Below the pieces are notes generated by a model. It ran no database searches. It was not told where the DNA came from and worked only from the letters and a program-made list of their open reading frames with translations. A stretch of 61,049 nt of DNA, the filler included, from an uncultured virus (IMG/VR IMGVR_UViG_3300005239_001275) (taxonomy: Duplodnaviria > Heunggongvirae > Uroviricota > Caudoviricetes > Crassvirales). It is 4 parts of one record of this genome, joined end to end, with 100 filler letters (N's around TTAATTAATTAA, not from the genome) between each part and the next. Parts side by side here need not be neighbours in the genome. Positions count along the whole stretch, not along the records: positions 1 to 26,683 come from IMGVR_UViG_3300005239_001275; 3 more parts are not named here. One strand, 5' to 3'. Positions 12,187 to 23,315 of this stretch are shown in pieces; position 1 is the stretch's first letter, and each line of letters starts with the position of its first letter. The position numbers were made by a program, and so were the translations under genes.

Positions 12187-13371
12187 TTAGTTAAATTTTT
12201 TAGTTTTAATTTTTAGTTTTGTAGAATCAGCACCAGAAATAGCTTTAACTTTAAAACCGTTTAAAAACACTTCCCCTTGAGTTGACCTAGCTTTAGTGTC
12301 ACTCACGTTTTTAGAATTGCTTACAACGTCTTTAACAGCGTCTGCTTTTCCTTGCTCATAAAAATGAGCTGCTATTTTATCTACATTTTCAGCGGCATAC
12401 ATAGCTTTATGATAACCTTTATAGTCACTAACAGAGCCATTTTTATCTAGGAACTTCCCGATTAGGTTGTTAATGTCTGATTGTTTATCAGCAACACCGT
12501 CAGTGTTTTGTAGTTTATACCTATACTTCTTTTCACCTACACTAATATCGAAACCTTCGAAATCTTCAGTAAAAAGTTTTTTAGTATTTTCTTGAAACAC
12601 TTTACGGTTTTCTTCAGCTTGTTCTTGCTGCTTATTATATCGATTGAAAAAGTCCATAGCTTTTTGAGCTTCAGGGTTTACGTTTGATTTCAACTTGATA
12701 TCAGCGTAATATTTTTCCTTAGTGCTTTCCAAAAAGTTTTTGGCTTTTGCAACTTCTTCTTTAAATGCAAGTTTTTTCTTGCGTATATCTCTATCTTCGT
12801 CTAAGTCTTCGTCATATTCAAAATCTTCTAATAACAAATCAATATCTGAACTATCGAGATATGGTTTTTCTTTTTTATAATACTCTTTTAATAATGTATT
12901 ATCATCTACATTAGAGTAATCAGCGTTGAGTCTTACGTAGTCTTCTACGCTACCACCAGTTTCTTCCATAAAAGAAACTAATTTTTCTATATTTTCAGGT
13001 AATTGTTTACCTAATACCTGCTCGTCTCTTACAGCTTCTTTTAATTCTTTTTCTACTTCAGTAACTTCTTCAATAATTTCTATTGGAGATTCTACTGCTT
13101 CTTCGGTGGTCCGTACTTCTTCAACCACTTCTTTGCTGTTGCCACTGTCTTTGGGCTTTTCGACAATAGCATTGCTATCATCTGTCTTTTGTGTTTGAAC
13201 GGCATCTTCTTTTGGTATTTCAACTTTAATAACATCAGGTATAACTTCTCCTTGAGCCTCTGGCTTTGTTAAGTCTACTTTAGTTATTTCTTCTTTTTTG
13301 TTTAGTTTTTTAGGTGTTACTTTCTTTTTCTTAAGTTTAAACTCACCTTCTTGTTTTACTTCTGTTGACAT
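12187..13371 (-). CDS. Acidic capsid scaffolding-like protein
   Basis: 394 aa, E/K-rich, between portal and capsid; homolog at 58981-59683. Confidence 0.65.
   Translation of the reverse strand: MSTEVKQEGEFKLKKKKVTPKKLNKKEEITKVDLTKPEAQGEVIPDVIKVEIPKEDAVQTQKTDDSNAIVEKPKDSGNSKEVVEEVRTTEEAVESPIEIIEEVTEVEKELKEAVRDEQVLGKQLPENIEKLVSFMEETGGSVEDYVRLNADYSNVDDNTLLKEYYKKEKPYLDSSDIDLLLEDFEYDEDLDEDRDIRKKKLAFKEEVAKAKNFLESTKEKYYADIKLKSNVNPEAQKAMDFFNRYNKQQEQAEENRKVFQENTKKLFTEDFEGFDISVGEKKYRYKLQNTDGVADKQSDINNLIGKFLDKNGSVSDYKGYHKAMYAAENVDKIAAHFYEQGKADAVKDVVSNSKNVSDTKARSTQGEVFLNGFKVKAISGADSTKLKIKTKKFN
13092..13205 (-). CDS. Overprinted 37-aa basic protein (MPFK..KW..KY) inside the scaffold gene
   Basis: Alternative frame reads MPFKHKRQMIAMLLSKSPKTVATAKKWLKKYGPPKKQ*; a homologous nested ORF is at 59443-59562. 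Confidence 0.65.
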   Translation of the reverse strand: MPFKHKRQMIAMLLSKSPKTVATAKKWLKKYGPPKKQ

Positions 13372-13401
13372 AATATAATATAATTTAAAAAATTGTTTTG
13401 C

Positions 13402-15789
13402 CTACATAAAGGCACCAAGACCTTGGTCCGGTTGATTTTCAAAGTCTATAGGTAAGCCGTCATTTTTTCTTTGACTTATCATTTCACTTTGTTGGGTCGC
13501 TTGTATTTTTGTTCTTTTATCTTTACGATCTTCTATAAACTGTTCTTTGTTTCTTTCTACTTGAATATCCATCTGCTTAAGTTGCATGTCGTACTGGAAC
13601 TGTCTTTCCATCTCGGCTTGCTTTATTTGAGCTGCAACTTGCATTTTCTGCATTTCCATTTCTTGCTTGGCTTTTTCAATATCAACTTTAGTTGATGCTA
13701 CAGCCTCTTGTTTTTGAACTTCAGCCATAGCAGTTCTCTCAGCTGTTTGAGCTTGAGCATCTGCTTGAGCGGCAATATTAGCTTGTTGAGCAGCTTGATC
13801 ACGTTCCATTTTAACCTTACGCTTAATCTTTAGCATTTGATTAGCTAACTTAAGGTTTTTAATTTGACGTATATCAATAGCGTCTTCTAAATCAATACCT
13901 CCAGACTGTAATGCAACTTGTATGTTTTGTTCTAATTGAGCTCTTTCCTCTTCATCAGGTTCTAACTCTAAGAATATACCGAAGTCATGAAGATTTAAAT
14001 CTACAACTTCATCTAATGTTTTTATGTTGTATGTAGATATAGAGTTTTGTAACGATGCTCTAGTTAATGGAAAACGTAAAGCGTCAGCTACTTTTAATGA
14101 AACATTTTCTGCTAGTTTAAGGGTCAAATATAAACTAGACTGAACAATATGTCTAGTTGCTACATTTGAAGCGTTAGCGGCTAGTTTCTGTAAACCTACA
14201 AGCGTGGATTTATCAGGCGTACTACCATCTCTAGCTTCATTAAGCCCCGTAACGTCACGTATCATTTGTAAATAGTATTGATACGTAGTTATTAAACTTT
14301 GTATTTTACCACCACCACTAGAACTATTAAGTTCTTGAATAGGTACTTTACCGTGGTTTAATTCACCATCTTGCGTTAGCGATCTACCAACAATACTACC
14401 AGTTTGAAAATACATATTTAAAGCCTCGGCTGGATTGTAGTTTGTTCCATTACCTAAATCAACCTCTGCTAAACCGTCCATATCAAGATATACACCGTCC
14501 GGCACCATTCTTGATAATACTTGCTGCAATTTTAAATGCGTGATTTGTATCATATCAGCAAATCCAACACACTTACTGACAACAGACTCTATTCTACCTT
14601 TATATATTCTAGGCGCACAAATAGCATAATTCATAGCAACCTTGGTTGTGTCAGCGTATGGTCTTGACATGTTTTCAGCCAACTCCCATTTAAGCATTGT
14701 ATCTGTTCCTAAAACAACAGCTCCATTGTAAAGAACCTCTATAGTTCTAGATACTCTCTCAAAGTTATCATTTTCTGGTGGATTAAATGTATCTGGCTTT
14801 TCAATAGCCTTCATCAACCCTTGATCAGTTTGCTTTATTTTAAATACTTGATTGTGGTATGTCTTATAATCAAAATACATAACCTGTACAGTGTTTTCAT
14901 CATAATCACCCCAACCAGTTATATATGATCTATTTCCAGGCATATTTTGAATACGCTCTAATTCTTTTTCAGATATATGTGGAAACTCTTTTTTAAGCTC
15001 AGGTATAGTTATAGCTTTTACCTCACCAACATAGTATATGTCTTCAAAGTTTGGATCTTCAGAATACGAGTAAACCATATAAGCCGGATCAACGTAATCA
15101 ACTTTAATACCTTCTGCAGTGTTAAAACTAGTTTTAGCAGCAGCAATGCCTAATACGGTTAAATCCATATTAAGTCTACGTCTAACTAAATCATATTTGT
15201 TTTGAGCAAAAACAGTGGATATACTTTCTTCTTCAGCTATCTCAATTGATTGCTTATAACTTAATTGCATTTTAAGTTCCAGCTCTTCTTTGGATTCTGG
15301 TATAGTAGTTGGATCTGGCGATTGATATAAGTCAATACCTAATGTTTGCTTAACACTTTCTATATAATCTTTAGCAACCATATCCTCGTAAAGCTTAGAA
15401 GCATACTCTGTTCTTTTCTTTACAGACTGAGGATCTTGAGCATAAGCCTTAATATCATAAGACTTTTGAGATATACCGTTAACAACAATATCTACGAACT
15501 TAGATAAAATTGGTACTGGTTTCCAGTCTAAATTAAGATAAGACAAATCGCCATTAATAGACAACTCATCTTTATATTTTTGTATAGACTGCTCACCTCT
15601 AGCATACAGTCTTAGATTATGAAAGTTATTCCAATTAGTTAAATATCTATTTCCATTAGTTCTACCTTGTCTAAACCACTCGAACTCTATGGCTTGAGCA
15701 ACTTGCTTACCATATTCTAAAGTGCCTTTTTCTTCGTTGCTTACAACTTGACTAGGAAAAGAACTGTCATTATTAGTATAAACGTTCAT
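13402..15789 (-). CDS. Portal protein
   Basis: 795 aa following TerL, with LNLDWKPVPILSKFVDIVVNG, IRDVTGLNEARDG and a C-terminal Q-rich coiled coil. Confidence 0.85.
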   Translation of the reverse strand: MNVYTNNDSSFPSQVVSNEEKGTLEYGKQVAQAIEFEWFRQGRTNGNRYLTNWNNFHNLRLYARGEQSIQKYKDELSINGDLSYLNLDWKPVPILSKFVDIVVNGISQKSYDIKAYAQDPQSVKKRTEYASKLYEDMVAKDYIESVKQTLGIDLYQSPDPTTIPESKEELELKMQLSYKQSIEIAEEESISTVFAQNKYDLVRRRLNMDLTVLGIAAAKTSFNTAEGIKVDYVDPAYMVYSYSEDPNFEDIYYVGEVKAITIPELKKEFPHISEKELERIQNMPGNRSYITGWGDYDENTVQVMYFDYKTYHNQVFKIKQTDQGLMKAIEKPDTFNPPENDNFERVSRTIEVLYNGAVVLGTDTMLKWELAENMSRPYADTTKVAMNYAICAPRIYKGRIESVVSKCVGFADMIQITHLKLQQVLSRMVPDGVYLDMDGLAEVDLGNGTNYNPAEALNMYFQTGSIVGRSLTQDGELNHGKVPIQELNSSSGGGKIQSLITTYQYYLQMIRDVTGLNEARDGSTPDKSTLVGLQKLAANASNVATRHIVQSSLYLTLKLAENVSLKVADALRFPLTRASLQNSISTYNIKTLDEVVDLNLHDFGIFLELEPDEEERAQLEQNIQVALQSGGIDLEDAIDIRQIKNLKLANQMLKIKRKVKMERDQAAQQANIAAQADAQAQTAERTAMAEVQKQEAVASTKVDIEKAKQEMEMQKMQVAAQIKQAEMERQFQYDMQLKQMDIQVERNKEQFIEDRKDKRTKIQATQQSEMISQRKNDGLPIDFENQPDQGLGAFM

Positions 15790-18000
15790 TTAACTTATTA
15801 TTTTTGATGTATATCCCCTGTTGTCATATCTTTTAATACCTATGTCAACGGGTTCTGTTTTTCTTTTATTTACCGGTGTGTATCTATGTTTATTGCAAGC
15901 CATTAATGCTAAGCCTGAGCTAATAGATGCATCGTGAGATGTTCTATTATTAATATTAAACTTAGCCCAGTCTTCAAGCGTTCTTTGAAAATACATATCA
16001 CCGTAGCCAGTTTCCTTTAATCCAACAAAGTTTTCTATATAAGATTCTATAGCTGCAGCATGCGCTTGTTTAATGTCTTCACTAGAGTTTGGTATTCCAC
16101 CTATCTCTTTTTCTGTTACAGATAGTTTGTTTCTAGTTCTATCTGGTCTGTTCATTGCAAAACCTCTATAACCTCTTTTTTTAAAGTAATATAAAAGTCT
16201 TGGCTTATTGTTTTCTGCTAGTATCGGCATGCCATAAAAAGCACAGGCCATTAACACGTCTTCAAAAAATATTTCAGCTGTTTGAGGTCTTGCTATATAT
16301 TCTAAGAAAAAATGATTAGGTGGCGCGTCTTCCATTGAAAACTTAGTTAAACCATGAAGAGATCCATTAGAACCTCTTTTATCTACTGTACCTGAAATAT
16401 CATAAGGATCACATCCAAACGCGCCTAAGTGTTCGTTTCCAGGATAGAACCTACCATTTTTACTGTATTTTTTATTTTGCAAATGCAAGGGTGGAATCCA
16501 AGATACTAGAAACCTACCGCTTTTGTTTGGTGTGAATATGACTCTACTGTCCTGCTGACCGTTCTCCCACTGAAAACTACCTTTTGTAACATTTGTAGAA
16601 TTACGCATATCTTCGTTAAAATCTATTTGCTCGTATATCTTAGTTAGATTAAACAAAGATTGTTTAGTTTCATCTCTAAACGCGTGCTTCTCTGTTCGCG
16701 GAAACTGTCTGTAAAATTCATTAAGACCATCTTGATCTTGCTTTAATCCTTCTACCTCGTTCTCCCAGTATTCTATTACACCTATTTTTATCTTTTCACC
16801 TTGAGGTCCTTCAACCGGTTTACTTGGTGTGTCGAATACAGGTAACCCATAAGAGTCAATGTATCCTTCGTAGTTCCACTCCATAGGTATGAACAAAGAA
16901 TATAATCCGCTGCGAGTCTGTCCATTGGCGTTTCTTTGGGTAACATCTGAGTCATCATAAAGTTTTTTAAAGTTTTTGCCTCCTTTATCGTGCGAGTTTG
17001 ATGTACTTCCCATCATGCACCTACCAATAATTCTACTACCTAATCTCAAACAAGTTTTTGTAACTCGCCAGTTGTTTAATATATTATTAGGTCTTTCCCA
17101 CTTACCACTTTCATCGTGGACTAGTAACTTTAGTTTCTCCCCGTCGTACGAGTTGTCCCCCGTGTTCTTCCAGTCGATCGTTGTGTCGAGCCCGTCAAGC
17201 TCTTGAAGCTTTTCGTTTGTTTCAAGCTTACGCCTGGTATACTTGGTGGCTGGTACTCTATAGGCAAGCTCTGTTTTTGGCCTGTCCATACCGTCTTGGA
17301 TCGGTTTGAAGAAGAACGGGTAGTTGACAGATATCGGTACGACTTTATCTGTGAACATTTTCTTAGCATCGGGACCAGACTTTGACAAGATACCGTACCG
17401 TGCATCTGACGTAATTGTTGCCACATTAACGGTTTCTGCTGAAGACATAAACGAAAATCCTGAACGTCTGTTCTTAAGATAGCACATCCCATAAGACCGT
17501 GAGTCGGCTTTACAAGCCTCCCAGAATATAAAGAATAATCTGTTTGATTCCCTAAAGTCTGGCTGCCCAATGTCAATTTTGCTCCACTGCAAGTACATAT
17601 AATGAGAGCCAGTAATGTAAGTAGCCACACTCTTATTATAGAACCAAAACCCTTGTTCTCTTTTATTAAATTCACTATCGATGTAATCATACCATTTTTC
17701 CTTAAAGTCCACTGGGTATTCCTCCCAATCGAACACAGACTTTATTTTTTTAAGTTCTTTAGGGTATTCTGTATATTGCCACTTATTACGTTCAAATTTT
17801 TTTACGTTATTAGCTTTAGGTAAAGCTATTTTAAGGTTTTGTATTTCATATATTTCACCTATTTCACCAGTCTTGCTAATAACAATAACATCGTAATCTT
17901 CATTATATCCATACTCCCACTTTTTAGCTTTATTTATTTTAGCTACAGTATGTGGTTTTATATGATCATCTAATACTTTATATAATGTTTGTTCGTACAT
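15790..18000 (-). CDS. terL: Terminase large subunit
   Basis: Walker A-like KNRRSGFS, Walker B LLVHDESGK, motif III MGST and nuclease GCDPYD. Confidence 0.9.
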   Translation of the reverse strand: MYEQTLYKVLDDHIKPHTVAKINKAKKWEYGYNEDYDVIVISKTGEIGEIYEIQNLKIALPKANNVKKFERNKWQYTEYPKELKKIKSVFDWEEYPVDFKEKWYDYIDSEFNKREQGFWFYNKSVATYITGSHYMYLQWSKIDIGQPDFRESNRLFFIFWEACKADSRSYGMCYLKNRRSGFSFMSSAETVNVATITSDARYGILSKSGPDAKKMFTDKVVPISVNYPFFFKPIQDGMDRPKTELAYRVPATKYTRRKLETNEKLQELDGLDTTIDWKNTGDNSYDGEKLKLLVHDESGKWERPNNILNNWRVTKTCLRLGSRIIGRCMMGSTSNSHDKGGKNFKKLYDDSDVTQRNANGQTRSGLYSLFIPMEWNYEGYIDSYGLPVFDTPSKPVEGPQGEKIKIGVIEYWENEVEGLKQDQDGLNEFYRQFPRTEKHAFRDETKQSLFNLTKIYEQIDFNEDMRNSTNVTKGSFQWENGQQDSRVIFTPNKSGRFLVSWIPPLHLQNKKYSKNGRFYPGNEHLGAFGCDPYDISGTVDKRGSNGSLHGLTKFSMEDAPPNHFFLEYIARPQTAEIFFEDVLMACAFYGMPILAENNKPRLLYYFKKRGYRGFAMNRPDRTRNKLSVTEKEIGGIPNSSEDIKQAHAAAIESYIENFVGLKETGYGDMYFQRTLEDWAKFNINNRTSHDASISSGLALMACNKHRYTPVNKRKTEPVDIGIKRYDNRGYTSKIIS

Positions 18001-18275
18001 TATTTAGACCTCCCTTCTGCAAAACCTCTAAAAGTTTTTTCTTTCTTAACTTCTTTAGGTTTATCTTCTAGTAGCTCTTGCTCGTTCTCTATTCTAGTTA
18101 ATATTTCAAAAGCATCGAATATAGCAAGTTTTTTTGTAGCTGCGGCGTTTTTAAGTCTATCCGCAGAGATATCATCATCTGAATCTACAATTGGTTCTTT
18201 AGCTACTTTAATTAGCTCTTCAACCGCCTTGCGCCCAGCTTGGATTATATTCTTCTTCGTTTCCTTGGTATTCAT
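18000..18275 (-). CDS. Small helical protein, possible terminase small subunit
   Basis: 91 aa directly upstream of TerL; overlaps the preceding gene by 56 nt. Confidence 0.4.
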   Translation of the reverse strand: MNTKETKKNIIQAGRKAVEELIKVAKEPIVDSDDDISADRLKNAAATKKLAIFDAFEILTRIENEQELLEDKPKEVKKEKTFRGFAEGRSK

Positions 18276-18825
18276 ACTTAATTACAATATCATTAGATTT
18301 CATACAATAAAGTCTTTTACCTTCAACTAAAAACTCCCATTCGCCGTTTGGTTTATAACCTACAACATCGCCTGGGTTTATTTTTAGATCTTCTAAAGAC
18401 TTATTACCATATTTTAATATACCAACAAGGCCACGCTCTTTATCAGGTGTTAGAGGATCATTGCTTTTGATAGGCGTTATAAAACATCTATCGCCAACAG
18501 TGTTCCAACCATCTTGGTTTTTATATAAATATATTTGTTCTAAAGAACATAAATGAGATTCGTCTTTTAAAAACGATCTACTTTTCTTTTTATTGCCTTT
18601 CATATCGTAGAAAGTTCTAAATACATTTTGATGTATAATAACTTTATCACCCACGCTTATGCCGCTATTGAAAGCTAAAGGTACTTGAGTAACTTCAGCT
18701 AATCTATTTACAAACTTCCAGTTTTCAATTTTAGTATTAACAACTAAGTCTTTATCACCAACTTTTATTGTGTTTGTGTACTTATCACCAACTGGCTTTA
18801 CTATAAAGTCGTAAAGGCTATTCAT
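18220..18825 (-). CDS. Protein with two GroES-like repeats
   Basis: Two halves with FIVKP..VGDKV and GDRCFITP..PGDVV..DIV patterns reminiscent of co-chaperonin 10. Confidence 0.5.
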   Translation of the reverse strand: MNSLYDFIVKPVGDKYTNTIKVGDKDLVVNTKIENWKFVNRLAEVTQVPLAFNSGISVGDKVIIHQNVFRTFYDMKGNKKKSRSFLKDESHLCSLEQIYLYKNQDGWNTVGDRCFITPIKSNDPLTPDKERGLVGILKYGNKSLEDLKINPGDVVGYKPNGEWEFLVEGKRLYCMKSNDIVIKYEYQGNEEEYNPSWAQGG

Positions 18826-19052
18826 TAGTATTCTAAATCATACTCAACAGATATAGCCATGTTAGAATTAAACTTCTTCCATGGCAATACCTCGTTGTTT
18901 TTCTTTATATGGATATTATAAGAACCATCAGAGTCTTGAAATAAAATATAAGCTATTTCGTGACCACCATATACTTGCTGGCCAACAGAATAATGCATAG
19001 CTTCATTTTTATAATCAGAACCAATACTGATTTTTCTTATAACAGAGTCCAT
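18825..19052 (-). CDS. Conserved small hypothetical protein
   Basis: 75 aa, translationally coupled to its neighbours. Confidence 0.6.
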   Translation of the reverse strand: MDSVIRKISIGSDYKNEAMHYSVGQQVYGGHEIAYILFQDSDGSYNIHIKKNNEVLPWKKFNSNMAISVEYDLEY

Positions 19053-19306
19053 TACTCAACTACTTCTAGAGTATCCTCTTCTTCTTTAATTTCAGTGTAC
19101 TCACCTGTTTTTAAATCAACAGATATTTTTCCGTACTCTTTTTCTAACTCTTGCTTTTCTTTTTCTAAGCTTTCGTTAACATCAGCTACTTTGTGTAGTA
19201 AAGCGTGTTTCTGTGTTTCTAGAGCACCGATATTGTTTAATATCGCCGTTAATTCTTCTTGGTGTTTTACAATTGTTTCTAATTGTTCTTCTTTAATTTT
19301 TGCCAT
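19052..19306 (-). CDS. Small coiled-coil protein
   Basis: 84 aa ending LEKEYGKISVDLKTGEY. Confidence 0.6.
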   Translation of the reverse strand: MAKIKEEQLETIVKHQEELTAILNNIGALETQKHALLHKVADVNESLEKEKQELEKEYGKISVDLKTGEYTEIKEEEDTLEVVE

Positions 19307-19367
19307 TTGATTTAATTTAAGTTAATTGTTTTATATTTATATAGTTACTCATGTTTTAGTAAATCTA

Positions 19368-19625
19368 CTATTCAGGTAGATCTTCGTATGCGTCTGCATA
19401 ATCAGCAGGCAAATACGATTCCATACCACTTACTTGCTCAGCGCTACATTCGTCTTTGTAAAAGTCGTTTGCTAATAACCAAAGAAAGTGATCTTTTAGA
19501 CATTGTAGATTTTCTTCTGTAGTCTCTGAATCTGCAGCTTCTGCCAATTGACCATCTACTTGACCTACAATAACATCTTTGTGACTGTCTGGTGTGTTTT
19601 CTGATGTAATTACGTTTTTGTACAT
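19368..19625 (-). CDS. Small acidic protein, possible fibre assembly factor
   Basis: 85 aa immediately after the tail fibre gene. Confidence 0.45.
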   Translation of the reverse strand: MYKNVITSENTPDSHKDVIVGQVDGQLAEAADSETTEENLQCLKDHFLWLLANDFYKDECSAEQVSGMESYLPADYADAYEDLPE

Positions 19626-19628
19626 TTT

Positions 19629-22600
19629 TTAATTATTTTGTGATTTTAAAATTTCTACTTCTTCTTTTAATTCTTGTATTGCTTTAACTAATATCGGAAC
19701 AAGTTTTCCGTAGCTTAATTCAAGCTTGTCAGGGTTTTCGTCATAAACAAGTCTTAAGGTATCGTTGTCTAACTCTTTAACCTCTTGCGCTATAAAACCA
19801 AAATCTTTTTTACCTTTGTTTGCTGAGTAAAATTCTGTTTCTACATTGTTTCCTTCTTTATCAATTTCTACTCTTGTTTCTGCTCTATTGTCCCATACAA
19901 ATTCTCTTGGTTGTAAGGCATCAATAAATGCTAGACCATAACTTAAATCTTCTATTTCTGATTTATCTCTTTCGTCTGATAAAGACGTTATAGAAGTAAC
20001 AGCACATCTTAAAGCAGTTACGCTTGAATTACCTAAAGTTATTTCATTACTAACAGAAGCGGATGAGCCTTCAGCGTCATAACCTATTATAGTATTATTA
20101 CTACCTGTATAGTTAAAATCATTAGCAGCGTAAGTACCAACAACAGTGTTGTTAGAGCCAGTACTTATTCCGCCTCCTGCTCCACCTGCGGCAGTGTAAC
20201 CACCTATAGCAATATTATTTCCTCCAGAAGCTACGCCTAAAGCGCCTGTACCTACAGCCGTATTATATGAACCACTTGAAGTCGAAGAACCTAACGCGTC
20301 TTTTCCTATTGCCACAAAACCATAAGCACTTGTTGTATTTCCTAGAGCGCCTGAACCAACCACTGTGTTTAGTTGTCCAGCAGTCAAGGCGTCGCCAGCT
20401 TGACAACCCATTAAAGTATTATCCCCTCCAGTAGTCATAGCATTACCAGCTTGATAACCTATTACTACATTTTGTGATTTAGAGCCAAAAGCACCAGACA
20501 TAGCTTGTGAGCCAATAATTACGTTTTTAGAACTTGTACTGTCTGCGTATTGTCCAGCAGCACTACCTATTGCAGTATTGTCAGCGTTTTCTAAATATCG
20601 TAAAGCATTGTTACCAATAGCGACATTTTGCGTACCAGAGCCACTACGACTGCCACCAGCCAAAGAGCCGATAAAAGTATTTGCACCACCAGTCTGCGAT
20701 TTACCAGCTTGATATCCAACCATAGTTCTAAACGCTCCAGTTGTATTACTATAACCAGCTTCATAACCTAAATTTGTGTTATTACCTCCAGAAGTTTGAG
20801 AATTACCAGCTTGCCAACCTATTGATATATGACCAGTAGCAGAAGCATTTGTAGCAGCAGATCTACCTATCGCAACAGCATTTGCGCAATTATTACTATA
20901 TAATGTAAAATAACCAAGAGTACAAGTATCATTGGATCCATTAAATCTACCAGCTTTATAACCTATATGAGTTGATCTTGTCATATTAGTTACTCCAATT
21001 GACCCAGCGCTAGTACCTACAATAGTGTTATTACCGTTACCACATTGTTCTCCAGCTCTCCAACCAATAGCAACGCTTTCACCACCACCACCGTCTCTTA
21101 AAGCCGATTGACCTACTGCAACGTTATGGTTTTGTGTTGTAGCATTTAAACCAGCGTCACTTCCAATAAAAGTATTATTACTTCCACTAGTTAAAGCATT
21201 ACCCGCATTAATACCTAGTACTGCATTATCTCTTGGGGTTCCAGATAATCCAGCTGGAACTACTCCAACGTATAAACTATCAAGTGTGCTATCAACTAAA
21301 CAATCTGAAAGACCATTTAATGATGTTGCGCCACCACCGCCAGCAGCTTGTAATTCTAATTTACCAGCACTTGCATTATAAGTTAATACATCGCCATCAC
21401 TTGCACCACTTTGGATTCCTGGTATCTGTAAAGTCGTATGACTTGAATTACCTAATACAATAAAATTACTTTGCCCGAGTGGACTTGTTGCAGCATCTTT
21501 ACCTATTAAAATACTATTTGAAAACGCTGTTGGCTGACTACCAGAACCAGCATTAAAACCAATAGCAACGTTATCATCACCAGTTCCACTAAAAAAAGAT
21601 GCACCTTGCATAGCATCTGTGCCTATTGCTACATTATTATTCCCATTATGATAACCTAACGTATTGTAACCAAGTGTAGTGTTAGATGCACCGGTAGTTG
21701 TAGAATACCCAGCTTTATAACCTACATTAGTATTTTTAGTTCCAGATGTTTGAGAGTAACCAGCTTGATAACCTATTGAAATATGTTGGTGAGCTGCGTT
21801 ATTTCTAGCAGCAGTAGCACCAATTATTACACCACTATCGCCAGTGTTGCTCAATCCAGCTTCACGACCAATAACAACTCCTAAAGTTCCACCACTTGAA
21901 GATGCTCTATGACCAATTGCAACGTGCATACCTCCAGTAGAATTTTCACCTGCTTGATTTCCAATAAAAACATTTTGTGCTCCGTTTGTAGCTTGACCAG
22001 CTTTATTACCAATCATTACAGAATCAATACCAGTTGTATAAGAATCTCCAGCTTGATGACCAATAAAAGTATTATCTGTTCCTGTAGTTAAAGCTGTTCC
22101 AGCATCAATACCTAATATTGTATTATTTTGTGGGTTACCACTTAAACTACTTGGCACTTCCCCTACATACAAAGAAGCTGTATCAACTAAACAATCACTT
22201 AAGCCATTTAAGTCTGAAGCACCGCCTGCCGCGGGAGCAGCTAAAACAATACCACCAGAAGATGAACTATAAGCAAGTACGTGACCGTCTGTTGAACCTA
22301 GTCCTGGTATTCTTAATAAATCGTTAGAAGCGTTACCTAAAGTAATTTCGTTAGAAGCCGTAGCTGAAGAAGACTCAGCGCTTTTACCAATTGTTATGTT
22401 ATTGTCACCAGTTGTAGTTGCTTTACCAGCCTCATAGCCTAAAAATGTGTTATCTATAGCGCTTGTAGAGTCTTTACCAGATTGATAACCTATCATGACA
22501 TTACTTCCGCCTGTTAATGAATGCGCTGATTGATGGCCTATAGCTATATTATAGCTTCCTGACGTATCTACAAGAGCGTTAGACCCTACGGCTACGTTCA

Positions 22601-22804
22601 TTATACCAGCTCCACCAGTCAGTCCAGCCTGTGCGCCTATAAGAGTATTGTATGCGCCAGTGCCACCTTTACCAGATCTATAACCAATTGTTGTTCTACC
22701 CGCTGCGGTTGTTGATGAAGCACTAGATTCATAGCCTATAGCAGTTAATTGAGTACCTGAGGTATTAGAATAACCTGACTGATATCCTATTGAAGTTGTA
22801 CTGG
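19629..22804 (-). CDS. Tail fibre with YadA-like glycine repeats and a C-terminal intramolecular chaperone (peptidase S74 type); 5' end in gap
   Basis: Dozens of NxxIGxxAG repeats, SDERDK..L.P..F.W..GFIAQE chaperone motif and a terminal coiled coil. Confidence 0.85.
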
Positions 22805-23006
22805 NNNNNNNNNNNNNNNNNNNNNNNNNNNNNNNNNNNNNNNNNNNNNNNNNNNNNNNNNNNNNNNNNNNNNNNNNNNNNNNNNNNNNNNNNNNNNNNN
22901 NNNNNNNNNNNNNNNNNNNNNNNNNNNNNNNNAAGGGGTTGGATTTCCGCTGTTACCAAAAGGTCCGCTAGGTATGCCTATGCCAATGCCTATTCCTAAT
23001 GCCATA

Positions 23007-23309
23007 TTATTTTGCCGCTATAAGTTCCGCTACTGTTGTACCTGTCGCTAATACATAGTCTACTGTTACAGGTAAAAATCCGCCAGCTTGTAACCCTTTA
23101 AAAGTAACAGCTTGAGCAGAGGTTGGTAAACTGCCATTAGCAGCTCTAACACCTGCAGGTATTACTTTCATATGAGTACCGACTGTCGTGTTGTCTCCAA
23201 TGTATATAACTGAACCATTTAAAAAATACTGATTACTTATAGTATCATTAGGCGTTATCTCTTGAATATTGTTAGTTGCGAAATCAGGTTGATTACCGAA
23301 TTGTCCCAT
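23007..23309 (-). CDS. Small structural protein (partial duplicate at 24240-24377)
   Basis: 100 aa ending FLPVTVDYVLATGTT. Confidence 0.55.
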   Translation of the reverse strand: MGQFGNQPDFATNNIQEITPNDTISNQYFLNGSVIYIGDNTTVGTHMKVIPAGVRAANGSLPTSAQAVTFKGLQAGGFLPVTVDYVLATGTTVAELIAAK

Positions 23310-23315
23310 TATTTA

